Below, piece by piece: positions 50,417-59,982 of a stretch of DNA of 62,667 bases. The number at the start of each line of letters is the position of its first letter. The stretch's first letter is position 1. Below the pieces are notes generated by a model that was given only the letters and a program-made list of their open reading frames with translations, did no database searches and was not told the DNA's origin. The position numbers and the translations under genes are program-made. Source of the stretch: a virus (Duplodnaviria; Caudoviricetes); IMG/VR virus record IMGVR_UViG_3300048026_000549, positions 1 to 62,667 of that record; one strand, given 5' to 3'.

Positions 50417-50950
50417 GCAAGCACACTCCATACCTTGACTCGGTAGTGGTAGGACCGGCCCATCTCGCCATCACCCTGCTGATAAGAACCAACATCGGGC
50501 GTGTGTCCTATGAACCTCGGGTCACGAAGCAGTGCTTGTGAGGCTGACTGGACGCTGGTTGGGCTTCGTCGAGCACTGAATCCCTGCTCGGCAATGTTGT
50601 GTAGGAGAGCACGGGAGGACATCTCGCCGTTGCGTAGGATTTGGATTTTGGCTTGGTCGCACCAAGCAGTGTACCTACCCATCACTCATCACCCGCCAAG
50701 TAGTATTCTTTCACCACATACGGTGACTTAAGTGCGACATCGACCCGAGTCACCAAGACATCTCGGCTGGAGAGCAGACTGCATCGTGCGAGCAATTGCT
50801 GGGCTTGGCGACGGCTCGGGCTATCCCTAAGCAATTTACCAGTCTTGGTGTATCGTACTTGCTCGTGCAGTACACCCGCAGTTGATGGTCCGTTGACCTT
50901 GATGTATTCGATTGCATCCCGTAGGAATCGTTGCTTACCTGTATTTGATT

Positions 50951-52294
50951 TCATTGTTTCACCTTCTGTGCGTCGATTTGGATTTTGGCTTGCGGGTACC
51001 CAATGATACACGACACTCCCTTCCGACCCCGACCGGTCTTTGTACTCCTTTCTTCATTAAACCACGGCTGTATTTGTAGGTTGTCCTCAATCCACCGCTT
51101 GGCAGATTGATAATCACCGTTGGTAATCATCCGTGCTACTTCTTTGATAAGGTTGGAGCGTGACATGGCTTGGTTCCAAAACGCTGTCTTGATGAGCCGT
51201 AGGTCGGCATCCATCACAGTGCGGCGCATGTCCAAGCAACGGTCGAGAATGGCTCGGAGTTGAGCAGTCATTTCGATGTGTAGTATGTCCCCTCCCTTGT
51301 AGTAGGGGGACATGATAGCGTAGCCGAGGGCCATGCGACGGAACAAGTCGGCCTCGTGGCTACGGACTTCGGGGCGGAACAACCATTCGTTGAACTCGTC
51401 GTCGAAGCGGAGAGAGGTAGGTGGGTTGGTGATAACCTCAAGAGCACGGTCAGTAAAGAAGTTGCGAATATCATCAGCCATGCCAACGAGTTCGGCTCGC
51501 TCTTGAGGGCTCATGCTTGCTTGCTTGGCCTGTGCCATCTTGAACAGGCGTTCCTTCTCCGGGTTCATCTCGATGTCGATGATAAAGAATCGTCGGTCAA
51601 GACCGGACTCCATCTCAAACCGAGCCGGTTGAGTACCTGCCCACAGTGTGTAGCGAGTGGTGTACTCGACCCAGCCAGCCCGCATGACCTTCTTGACCCG
51701 ACCATTGTCGGTGGAGGTCAGCAGTTGATTCTTGATGTCGGTACTGTGTTCCTTCTTACCAGCATCAGTGATGGATGAAAATTCCTCGAACCCGAGGAAT
51801 CCACCACACATCTCACGAGCGAGAGGACGGCCCATGATGTTCCCGTCTTCGTCAACCGAGCCGAACATACCTGCTTCGGTGATAGAGTTGGGGCCGATGT
51901 CGGTACGGAAGCCCATACCTATGTCAGCGTTGAGTGCGTTGGCAAGCAACCCTGTGCGTGGACTCAAGAACAATTGAATTAGCACAGACTTACCGGACCC
52001 CTTCATACCCCGCATGAGGATATGTAGTCGGGTGTCTGCTACATGGGACATCGGTGTGTAGATTGGTGCGCTATCGTGGCGCAGTATGCAAGCGTCAATA
52101 GCGAAGTCCTTTTCTTCCATAGGGATGAACGGGCAGGTACCGCACTTGTTGAGACCATTGAAGATGTGAGTACCGATGGAACACAGGAAGACTGGCACCT
52201 TGTCGGCCACATCCACATAGTGGTTGCGCTCAACATATTCGGTCATGGCCTTGAAGATGTCCACGGTATCAACCCCACATTCCTTGAGGTGCAT
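50951..52294 (-). CDS. MCM-like AAA+ replicative helicase
   Basis: GMKGSGKS, SITEAGMFGSV, FEEF, GTQP, SGLDRRF; lacks a long N-terminal domain. Confidence 0.85.
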   Translation of the reverse strand: MHLKECGVDTVDIFKAMTEYVERNHYVDVADKVPVFLCSIGTHIFNGLNKCGTCPFIPMEEKDFAIDACILRHDSAPIYTPMSHVADTRLHILMRGMKGSGKSVLIQLFLSPRTGLLANALNADIGMGFRTDIGPNSITEAGMFGSVDEDGNIMGRPLAREMCGGFLGFEEFSSITDAGKKEHSTDIKNQLLTSTDNGRVKKVMRAGWVEYTTRYTLWAGTQPARFEMESGLDRRFFIIDIEMNPEKERLFKMAQAKQASMSPQERAELVGMADDIRNFFTDRALEVITNPPTSLRFDDEFNEWLFRPEVRSHEADLFRRMALGYAIMSPYYKGGDILHIEMTAQLRAILDRCLDMRRTVMDADLRLIKTAFWNQAMSRSNLIKEVARMITNGDYQSAKRWIEDNLQIQPWFNEERSTKTGRGRKGVSCIIGYPQAKIQIDAQKVKQ

Positions 52295-53096
52295 CTCGGT
52301 GATTCACTTTTTCGAGGGTCTTCTTGATGTCCTCGAGCATCTCGGTAGTACGAGCGGCTTCTTCTCGAGCCAACTTAAGTGAACGCTTGAACTTGGTCTT
52401 GTTCCACCTACGACCATCGAAGTTCGAGTTGCTCAACACATGCTCATACAGCCTGTGTGCGGCTTCGGCATCAATATCTTCACCACTCTCGTGGCCACTG
52501 AATACGGTGCTTGAACTCAAGCCGAGCCCAGCCGCAAGGGTAGGGAACAACCATGCTGGGGGTGTAAAGAAGGAGTGCAATTCGTTTTGCGTATGTAGCG
52601 TCATGCCAGTGAACTCGTAGGTCTGTACCTCGCTCGGTTTCAACGAGGTGAAGTAGTCGGACTGCATGTTGTCGTGGATGTGTGTGGTCGTTAGGTACTT
52701 GACTGTGACCTCTTGACCAGTTAGTCCACCCCATATATTCTGTATGGCCTTGACAGTATCACGCACCGGTTGGTATGCGTAAATCCATGTGGCCTCGGCT
52801 TCTTCTATGGGCATGATGGGTGTGTGTGGCCACTTGTTAATGTTGATGAAAGCAACATCTTCCACGAAGTGAACAGGCCAGCCCGGAAATTCAAAGTCAA
52901 CGGATTGGTTGAACACCATGTTTTTGATTAGGTGGCTCACGATGTAAGCATCTGCATCCTCTCCTTGAATGAATGCTTGTGCGGCTACATAAGCGGCCCC
53001 ACCGTAGTCATTCTCGGAGTACACCACCACTTGATTGATGTCAAGTGGTAGGTCGCAGTCGTGGTAAATGTCGATTGTTCCTTGTTGTGTTAGCAT
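52269..53096 (-). CDS. Hypothetical protein, weakly PAC2-like
   Basis: 275 aa; GGAAYVAA and DAEAAHRLYE; TTAAGTA 23 nt upstream. Confidence 0.5.
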   Translation of the reverse strand: MLTQQGTIDIYHDCDLPLDINQVVVYSENDYGGAAYVAAQAFIQGEDADAYIVSHLIKNMVFNQSVDFEFPGWPVHFVEDVAFININKWPHTPIMPIEEAEATWIYAYQPVRDTVKAIQNIWGGLTGQEVTVKYLTTTHIHDNMQSDYFTSLKPSEVQTYEFTGMTLHTQNELHSFFTPPAWLFPTLAAGLGLSSSTVFSGHESGEDIDAEAAHRLYEHVLSNSNFDGRRWNKTKFKRSLKLAREEAARTTEMLEDIKKTLEKVNHRDAPQGMWG

Positions 53097-53135
53097 ATCA
53101 ATTCCTCTATTGTCGTCAGTACTTAAGCGTTATGG

Positions 53136-53375
53136 AATTAAGTTGGTAAAGTCAGTTCAACAAACGAAATAAAATCGAGGCACTGCGTGATATTTGCCGG
53201 GTAATAATTTATTTCGTATAGGAGATATTTCAATAAATAGTAATAGTATAGTATAGTACAGTAGTATAGTACACCATTATGTTGAAACCCTTAGACGAAA
53301 TAACTTAATTAGAGCAATATCCTCGCAGTTGCACGGTTTTAATTCGTTTGAAAAAAATACCTAACCAACTTAATT
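53136..53375. other. Candidate replication origin
   Basis: ~80-bp imperfect inverted arms (53136-53217 / 53295-53375) around an AT-rich core with AGTA(T/C) repeats. Confidence 0.7.
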
Positions 53376-53384
53376 GCGGAACGC

Positions 53385-54155
53385 TTATATCTGCCTCCCG
53401 AATCTTTCGTACAGAAGTGTATCAACCTCAACTGTGCGACTGGAGTGTGGTACAATGATGGCACGACCCATGTGCTTGCCACTTCGGTCGTGACGGTACA
53501 TGGTTTCAGCGACCATCTCGTTGATGTGCTTGGTGACTTTGGCCCGCTCATTTTTGCTTATGCTCTCGGGCTTAATCGGGATGAACTTATGACCCCTATC
53601 ATCCACCCCTGTTATGGTGCAATAGAGGCGCTTCCCGAGGTCTGTTATGCGAATTAGGTACACACCTACCTCGCACACCAAAGAAGGCCGTATATGGGCC
53701 CCGTTCTTATCTCTAAAGACGAACGGTTCTTGGTGACTGCCGTACCCATTCTTGTCGAACACGACCGAGTACGCCTCAACATCACGGCTGAGTACATACT
53801 CGTCAAGCCCGAACACATTAACGATGTCACCATCCTTGTATTGTAGTACGAGGTAGCGCACATCTTCCTGTGCTTCTTCCAAGAAGCCCTGCATTATCTC
53901 ACGCATGGAAGGGATATGCTCACTGGGAGCAAAAAAATCGTCTTCGACCGGTCCTCTCGGCAGAATTTTTTTGGGAAAAATTGAATCCAAGAACTTCCAC
54001 ATGATGATTTTGCTGGCAAAGAGGTGAACAGTATCAGCCTCTTGTAGTGTGAAGATTGGGAATTGCTTGAGTCGGGTTGTTCTCGGGTCACGCACATAGG
54101 CTGTGGCCGACTCGACACGGCATTTGTGTAGGTCAAGCACCGAATACATCAGCAC
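53385..54155 (-). CDS. Hypothetical protein adjacent to origin candidate
   Basis: 256-aa ORF ending about 10 bp from the inverted repeat. Confidence 0.6.
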   Translation of the reverse strand: MLMYSVLDLHKCRVESATAYVRDPRTTRLKQFPIFTLQEADTVHLFASKIIMWKFLDSIFPKKILPRGPVEDDFFAPSEHIPSMREIMQGFLEEAQEDVRYLVLQYKDGDIVNVFGLDEYVLSRDVEAYSVVFDKNGYGSHQEPFVFRDKNGAHIRPSLVCEVGVYLIRITDLGKRLYCTITGVDDRGHKFIPIKPESISKNERAKVTKHINEMVAETMYRHDRSGKHMGRAIIVPHSSRTVEVDTLLYERFGRQI

Positions 54156-54423
54156 CCCTCCACTCGTTGTATGCTTCTATGTCGATACTCCACACGACCA
54201 CTGTGCGTGGTCCGGCTGTTGAATATCCGGTGGCAGTACCTTGTTTGTTGATGCCACCAATGGCCCTCAATTTAGGACCGAATGAGTTGCGGGTCGGTAG
54301 CCAGCGTGTCTTTAGATTGCTGTCTGCCAACCGATTGAATAGTTCGTAGGTCGAAAGCCCTTCGGGATTTGCGACCAAGATTTTTGCTACGATGTCTGCC
54401 AAAATGTATGTGTTTGTTTTCAT
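54133..54423 (-). CDS. wHTH-like protein
   Basis: ILVANPEGLSTYELFNRL; AGGAGG RBS. Confidence 0.6.
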   Translation of the reverse strand: MKTNTYILADIVAKILVANPEGLSTYELFNRLADSNLKTRWLPTRNSFGPKLRAIGGINKQGTATGYSTAGPRTVVVWSIDIEAYNEWRGADVFGA

Positions 54424-55024
54424 ATTTAATCCTCCTGTGTTTAGGTGGGAGCAGGTGCACGAAACAAAAGCCCAAACACAAAAGGAGGTAATTGCCGAAG
54501 CAACGAACACAGGATTACACCTGCTCCCTTGTTGTAATATGACCTTTGTCTGCGCCACTACTTAACCTTATTCCGATTTCACCGCCTTTGCTTCCCACAA
54601 TTCCGCTTTCTCGATGCAGTCGGAGCAGGTCGGCGGGGTATGCCCACTTCGGAACAATGTGGGTACTTGACGATGTACTATAAAGTCTGCGGGTCGAGTC
54701 GCCCTGTCTTTCACTCGCTCGAAGTACACAGTGCCTTGAATCATCCCCGCTTGACCGCATAGGTCACACAGTCCGGGCTCATAAGTACAGCGATAACCGG
54801 CACTCGTGATGTAGCCCATGATAATTTTCCTATTCTTCACGCCGTCACCTCCAATTCATCCACTCGCACGACAATCCCACCGCATGAACAAAGGTCGCCA
54901 TACATCGGCCTTATGTTTCCATCGGTGTTATTCTTGATGTAATCTTCTGTAAAGTCCCACCGACACTTCTCGCATATTATCATGAAGGGTTTCTCTTTCT
55001 TCTCTTCTTTCTTCTTCCAAAATC

Positions 55025-55549
55025 TCACGCCATCACCTCCACGCCTCGCCACCAGTCGGGGGCAGGTGTGCCCTTGTCCCACTTGGCGAACTGCTTGGAA
55101 TGGTAGTAGGCTTGGTAAGCCTTGACCGCATCTGCATCACGATACTCGTCGGGCATGGCCTGTGCGAATGGTGTGAGTGCGGCTTTGGTACTTGGGTACT
55201 TGTCCTTGAACAAAAACACCAAGCCAATCATCGAGTGTATGGGTCGGTCACAGGCGTGTGTTTTGCCGAAGCGTTTGGTATATTCGCCACACAGTGCCAC
55301 TGCGTGTCGAGCAAGCCAAACGAAGTTAGCCTCACTATCGCCAGCCCATACGGTGCATGGGTGGTGAGCGTAGCCACCCTTGTAGGGCTTGCCCGCTTTG
55401 GTGAGGGGCATCTGCTCATCAGTCGCACCATGTCGGCGCAGGGCTGATGCCATCATCTGTGCGGCCTCCACGACCATCTTGGGCACATGCTTGTCGCAGT
55501 GCATGTGAGCCGCAGTAGCAGGGTCAGTGTCAAGTACGAAGATGTTCAT
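55025..55549 (-). CDS. Pyrimidine-dimer DNA glycosylase (T4 endonuclease V-like) family protein
   Basis: MNIFVLD, CDKHVPKMVVEAAQM, HHPCTVW, EYTKRFGKTH, QAMPDEY. Confidence 0.8.
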   Translation of the reverse strand: MNIFVLDTDPATAAHMHCDKHVPKMVVEAAQMMASALRRHGATDEQMPLTKAGKPYKGGYAHHPCTVWAGDSEANFVWLARHAVALCGEYTKRFGKTHACDRPIHSMIGLVFLFKDKYPSTKAALTPFAQAMPDEYRDADAVKAYQAYYHSKQFAKWDKGTPAPDWWRGVEVMA

Positions 55550-57367
55550 CAGTCCCACCTCGATGCTTGTTGGTCTGCCCGTAGGTGCTCGAGGTCGTTG
55601 TGGCAATCGTCGCAGATGTACTGGTCACTGTCGTGGTAGTCGTCTGCACAAATGGCACACTGCTCGCCATCATCCCAGTTCTTGTCGGGCATTGACTCGT
55701 GTAGTGCTTCGGTCGCACACTGCTTGCAGTGCAAGACGCCCTCCATAGCGGGCTTGTGCTTGAGTGGCTTGCGGCACTTCATGCAGTCACCCCCCATGAT
55801 GCGTCGAGTGTGCAGTGGTAGCATGCTCGCTCGTGTTCGGTCGGTATCACTGCGTCGTCGCACAGTGGGCACAGCATCAGTTGCTTCGATGCCAGTACTC
55901 GCTTCACAAAGTATTTTGTAATTCGGTTGGTCATTGTGTGTTGCCTCCATTTTGGTTGTGTGGGCCGCCCCCATATATATGTTTCTGCGCATCCATCATT
56001 CGCTGAGTGAGGATGTCGGCCACTGAATCGTATTCGAGTGCTCGTAGGCACTTGATTGCGTCGATGAGCACATCTGTGGTGTTCATGAGCGCCTCGAGTG
56101 TCGGGTTCATACAATCACCCACTTGCCTTCGACCTTGCGTACACACTTGGCCAGTTCGTCCCAGCGTTCCGCTTCTGCTTGGAACTCACTTGCTTTCTCA
56201 GCCGCTTGGTACACCATCGGCTTGGTGATGTTAGCACACTGTCGCTCGACCCACTTCTCAATGTCCTTCATGCGACCACGCCAGTGCTTTGCTCGCTCAC
56301 GAGCGTGTGCCTTGACATTGACATCTGCATCGAGGCGTGAGAGCATGTCCCACATCGGTATCGAGTTCATTCAATCACCTTACCTTCTTCATCTTTGTAT
56401 AGTCTAAGCGTTCCAATGTATTCGCATCCTTCAAGGCGCATCGTTACGCAATAACCTTCATCACGACTTCCCTCATCAATGCTCAACAGTTCACGCAACC
56501 GCTTGACTTCTGCGAGTAGTTTAAGTGCCATCATATTGTTTCTTCCATCAAGCCTATATGTTTCGTCTTTGAGCATACGCTCGTATTTGTCTGTGTCAAT
56601 CTGGTTCATTGGCTCGCCTCCCGTTCTTCTGTACGGATGCGTGTCGCATGGTGCATGACCTTGCGATACCTTGCCGGTGCTGGGTTAGGTGCTTTGCGTC
56701 CGATGTACTCGTATGCTACGGCCATCTGTGACCGCAAGAACATGATTTCATCGAGCAGTGCTCGTGTGAAGGTGTGCATGTTCACGCTGTCACCATCGGC
56801 CATAGTCTGTGAGTAGGCTACGGCTGAAACCTCTTCGTATTTTGTTAGTTCATCCCGTGTTAGCGGGGTATATTGCTCCATTAGGTATTCTTCGTATTTT
56901 TTCATTGTTGTTCCTCCTGTGTTGGTGGTAGCCATGCGATGAAGTACGGGACTCCATCTCGCATGAGCATCTTGGTGTGTGTGTACTTGTTGTTCTTCGC
57001 CCACACCACTACCTCTTGAAAGAGCATAGCGGCCTGTGCCATTGGGTACAGGGTGCACTTGGCTTCCTGTGTCCCGTTAGGCGATTTGTCTTCTTCGACT
57101 TCGATGTAGCCGTTGATGAACTGTATTCTGTAAGGGTCCATGTTTGTCATTAGCGGCTCCCCCTATATCAATTGAGCGGTGATTCGCCCTTGTAGAATGC
57201 CCAGCGTAGTGACTTGACGACGCCACGCAGTGCATTGTAGTTCCGAATCGCTTCCGCTCGCTCGCTCCGTGTGCTTGCCTCACGCATGGTGATGTACCAG
57301 CGTTCCTTGAGCACCTCGGCCTCGTCAATCATGCGTGTGACCTCGCCACCGGGTCGTATCACTTGAC

Positions 57368-58297
57368 TCACTCTTCTTCACCGCCATTCACATCTTCGTA
57401 GTCCTCGACCAACTTTGTCCACTTGGCGACTTCCTTAGTCAACTTCTCGATGGCGTGGTCCCACAACTGGACCTCAGCAACAGGGTCACGCTGTACTGCA
57501 CCATGTGTGTACAGTACATGTTGGCCCACATCATGACTTTGCAGGTGCTTGGGCATGGCTGAGAGCCACTCTCGCTGTGCGTTCCACTTAGCCTCGAAGT
57601 CGTGGTACTCAGCGAGCCACTTGTCATACGCTTCTTGCTTTCGATTGAGACCGGTCTTAGCGTACTCGAGGTCACGCTTGTTGTACTCATGTTCCGCTTT
57701 GCCCCTACTTGTCTTCAATTTTAGGCTCGCCTTAGCGATAAGCAGTTCGTACTTGTCCAAGAAGGCCAAGAAGTTGAGTGCCAGTTGGCTGTCGATGAAT
57801 CGGGTAGTCTGCCACGATTTCATGTAGCCGAAGTCCCTTCGCTTGACCTCGAACTTGGTTAGGTGAGGTATGGACTTGAGGGTGTACACACCGATGTGAT
57901 TATTCGCACGAGGTGATTGAACTCGAGTGACAACCAACTTGGGTACATGCTGTGCGCCCTTCATCAGTGCTATGAGGTCGGCGTTTTGAACCACACATTC
58001 GAGTAGGCTTGACACAATGTTTTCTGTGCCGTCGTCCCGAGGATTATCACTTTGCAGGTACTCCTTGAGTCGGAATGAGTAGTACTCCATGCCCCACATC
58101 TCGTGGGTCTTGGCTGTGACACGGCGCTTTTGCTCCCCGTCCATGTAGTACTCGCCGTAGTCGGGGTACTTGTCCACGACTTCGCCGGTGTGGTTAATCA
58201 TCCATGTCTTAGCGACCTTGATGTGCCGTGTTAGAAAATTCACACCACGATGTAGAGACAGGGTGCCTTCGCCTCGCATCAATTTCACATTACTCAT
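57368..58297 (-). CDS. Hypothetical protein with coiled-coil C-terminus
   Basis: 309 aa; GGAGGTG RBS and ATGA coupling. Confidence 0.65.
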   Translation of the reverse strand: MSNVKLMRGEGTLSLHRGVNFLTRHIKVAKTWMINHTGEVVDKYPDYGEYYMDGEQKRRVTAKTHEMWGMEYYSFRLKEYLQSDNPRDDGTENIVSSLLECVVQNADLIALMKGAQHVPKLVVTRVQSPRANNHIGVYTLKSIPHLTKFEVKRRDFGYMKSWQTTRFIDSQLALNFLAFLDKYELLIAKASLKLKTSRGKAEHEYNKRDLEYAKTGLNRKQEAYDKWLAEYHDFEAKWNAQREWLSAMPKHLQSHDVGQHVLYTHGAVQRDPVAEVQLWDHAIEKLTKEVAKWTKLVEDYEDVNGGEEE

Positions 58298-58692
58298 GCG
58301 AGCACCTCCATCGACTGTGCTTGCACGGCCAAGATGTACTCGGCCATGATGGTCACTGCAATCTCGGTTGCGTACTCGACCAAGAACCAGCGAGCCGTTG
58401 GTTCTACCGCAAAGTCGCCTTTGATATGAATACCAGCCCACACCTTGTCGAGATGCCAGCCAGCACCGTCGCCAAGAATGTAGCCGAGGGTGTGCACAGG
58501 TTCTTCGTTGCACAGGTCGAAGAACGCTTCGAGCGTATCTTCGCTGGTCATGTCTGCACCCATGCTCATCTTCTCATCCGTGAGGTTGAGAACACGGTTG
58601 GCCCATAGGCCCACCACATAGGTTGGTTTGTTAGATGTCACGCTCTCAAAGAGTGCGGTCGCTTCGTCGGTGTTCACAATGCTTCGTTTCAT
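58294..58692 (-). CDS. Hypothetical protein
   Basis: 132 aa behind a TATATAGGGG promoter-like box. Confidence 0.6.
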   Translation of the reverse strand: MKRSIVNTDEATALFESVTSNKPTYVVGLWANRVLNLTDEKMSMGADMTSEDTLEAFFDLCNEEPVHTLGYILGDGAGWHLDKVWAGIHIKGDFAVEPTARWFLVEYATEIAVTIMAEYILAVQAQSMEVLA

Positions 58693-58906
58693 GTTATTGT
58701 CTCCGTTTTGGGTTGTTGCCCCATTTGTACTTAGGGAGGGCTCCCCTATATATTCGTTTGGGTTGCTGGTATCATACCAGTCCGTAGGACTGCTCATGAC
58801 ATCGCCTCCAGCGTTTGTTCGGCCCATGCCTTGTCGTCGTCGTTGGTACTGTGGGCGATTATCATGTTGAGCATACGCTTGTACTGCTCGGGTGTAGGTG
58901 TGATGT

Positions 58907-59269
58907 TCACTCGCTCACCCCCAATTCCTCGATGATTGCCTTTCGGTGAAAGTCGTTCTTATTTGGGTCTATGCGACCGAGTGTGTCCAGCCACAAGACG
59001 ATTTGGATAGGCAGGGAATAGATGCCGTCGTAGTCGCACAGGTAATGAGGTTCTTCACGGTTAAACCACAGCCCGCCTTCGGCGTAGTATCGCTCGCTGT
59101 TCTCGGTGTCGTACATCTCAAATCCACCACGAGTACCACGCACCCATGCTGTGTAGCGCATGCTACGCTTCTCGGGCTTGGTGCCTCCCCATGAACCCAC
59201 CATGTTCACCCATGTGTCCTCGGTGATGTCGAGTTGGTCTTTGTCGCCGCCAAATAGAGGTGTACTCAT
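58907..59269 (-). CDS. Hypothetical protein
   Basis: YYAEGGLWF..LCDYDGIYSLP; coupled to the upstream Zn finger. Confidence 0.6.
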   Translation of the reverse strand: MSTPLFGGDKDQLDITEDTWVNMVGSWGGTKPEKRSMRYTAWVRGTRGGFEMYDTENSERYYAEGGLWFNREEPHYLCDYDGIYSLPIQIVLWLDTLGRIDPNKNDFHRKAIIEELGVSE

Positions 59270-59472
59270 TGTTCCACCTCCGTCGAGTGAATGGTTGAAT
59301 ACCATATCACGCTGTACGAATCCCCACATGACTCGCATGATACCTCGGCTCGCATTGTGATTTGGTCGCCATCGAATGACTCGATGTTGGCATCCCATAG
59401 GTCCACTGCATCATTTTCGGCATTGCAGTGCGGGCAATCCGCAAAGACGCTACTGTCCACTGCTACGCTCAT
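59266..59472 (-). CDS. Zinc-ribbon protein
   Basis: CPHC..CESC. Confidence 0.65.
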   Translation of the reverse strand: MSVAVDSSVFADCPHCNAENDAVDLWDANIESFDGDQITMRAEVSCESCGDSYSVIWYSTIHSTEVEQ

Positions 59473-59939
59473 TCAACCACCTCGGAGAATCGCTCATCGG
59501 CTTCCCGACTTAGACACACTGCACACAGGAGAACGCCCTTGTTGGCATCTATCCATTCCATGCGTTCTTCGGGCATCATGGGAGAGAATCGTTGATTCCC
59601 TCGAATGGTCCGAGTAGGCACTTGTATGAGGTCTTGACACAGCCTGTGTGCCACCGTTCGAGATTTTCCGTCGAAGCCTCGGGTCGTTCGTCCTGTCATT
59701 TTGCCGTAGTTCTTACAGGCAATCCACTGCTCAGTGCGTGTGATTTTTGCCTGTGTAGGAACATCGTAGTCCCTGTGGTCGTCGTCCGGCATGACATCGC
59801 CGCTGTCAACGGCCTCCTTAGCCGCCTTCTTCGTGCCTCCCCATACCGTGTGGTACGAGGTCACTCGTTCTGTGGTTTCGACGATGTGCCGCTTTAGCAC
59901 ACCGCTTCGCTCTTGTTCGCTTAGGTTTGTTCTTCTCAT
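59469..59939 (-). CDS. Hypothetical protein
   Basis: 156 aa; GGAGG RBS; TTGATATA upstream. Confidence 0.6.
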   Translation of the reverse strand: MRRTNLSEQERSGVLKRHIVETTERVTSYHTVWGGTKKAAKEAVDSGDVMPDDDHRDYDVPTQAKITRTEQWIACKNYGKMTGRTTRGFDGKSRTVAHRLCQDLIQVPTRTIRGNQRFSPMMPEERMEWIDANKGVLLCAVCLSREADERFSEVVE

Positions 59940-59982
59940 TGGTATTCCTCCATTTTCGTTTCAATTAGGGGTCGCTCGTATA

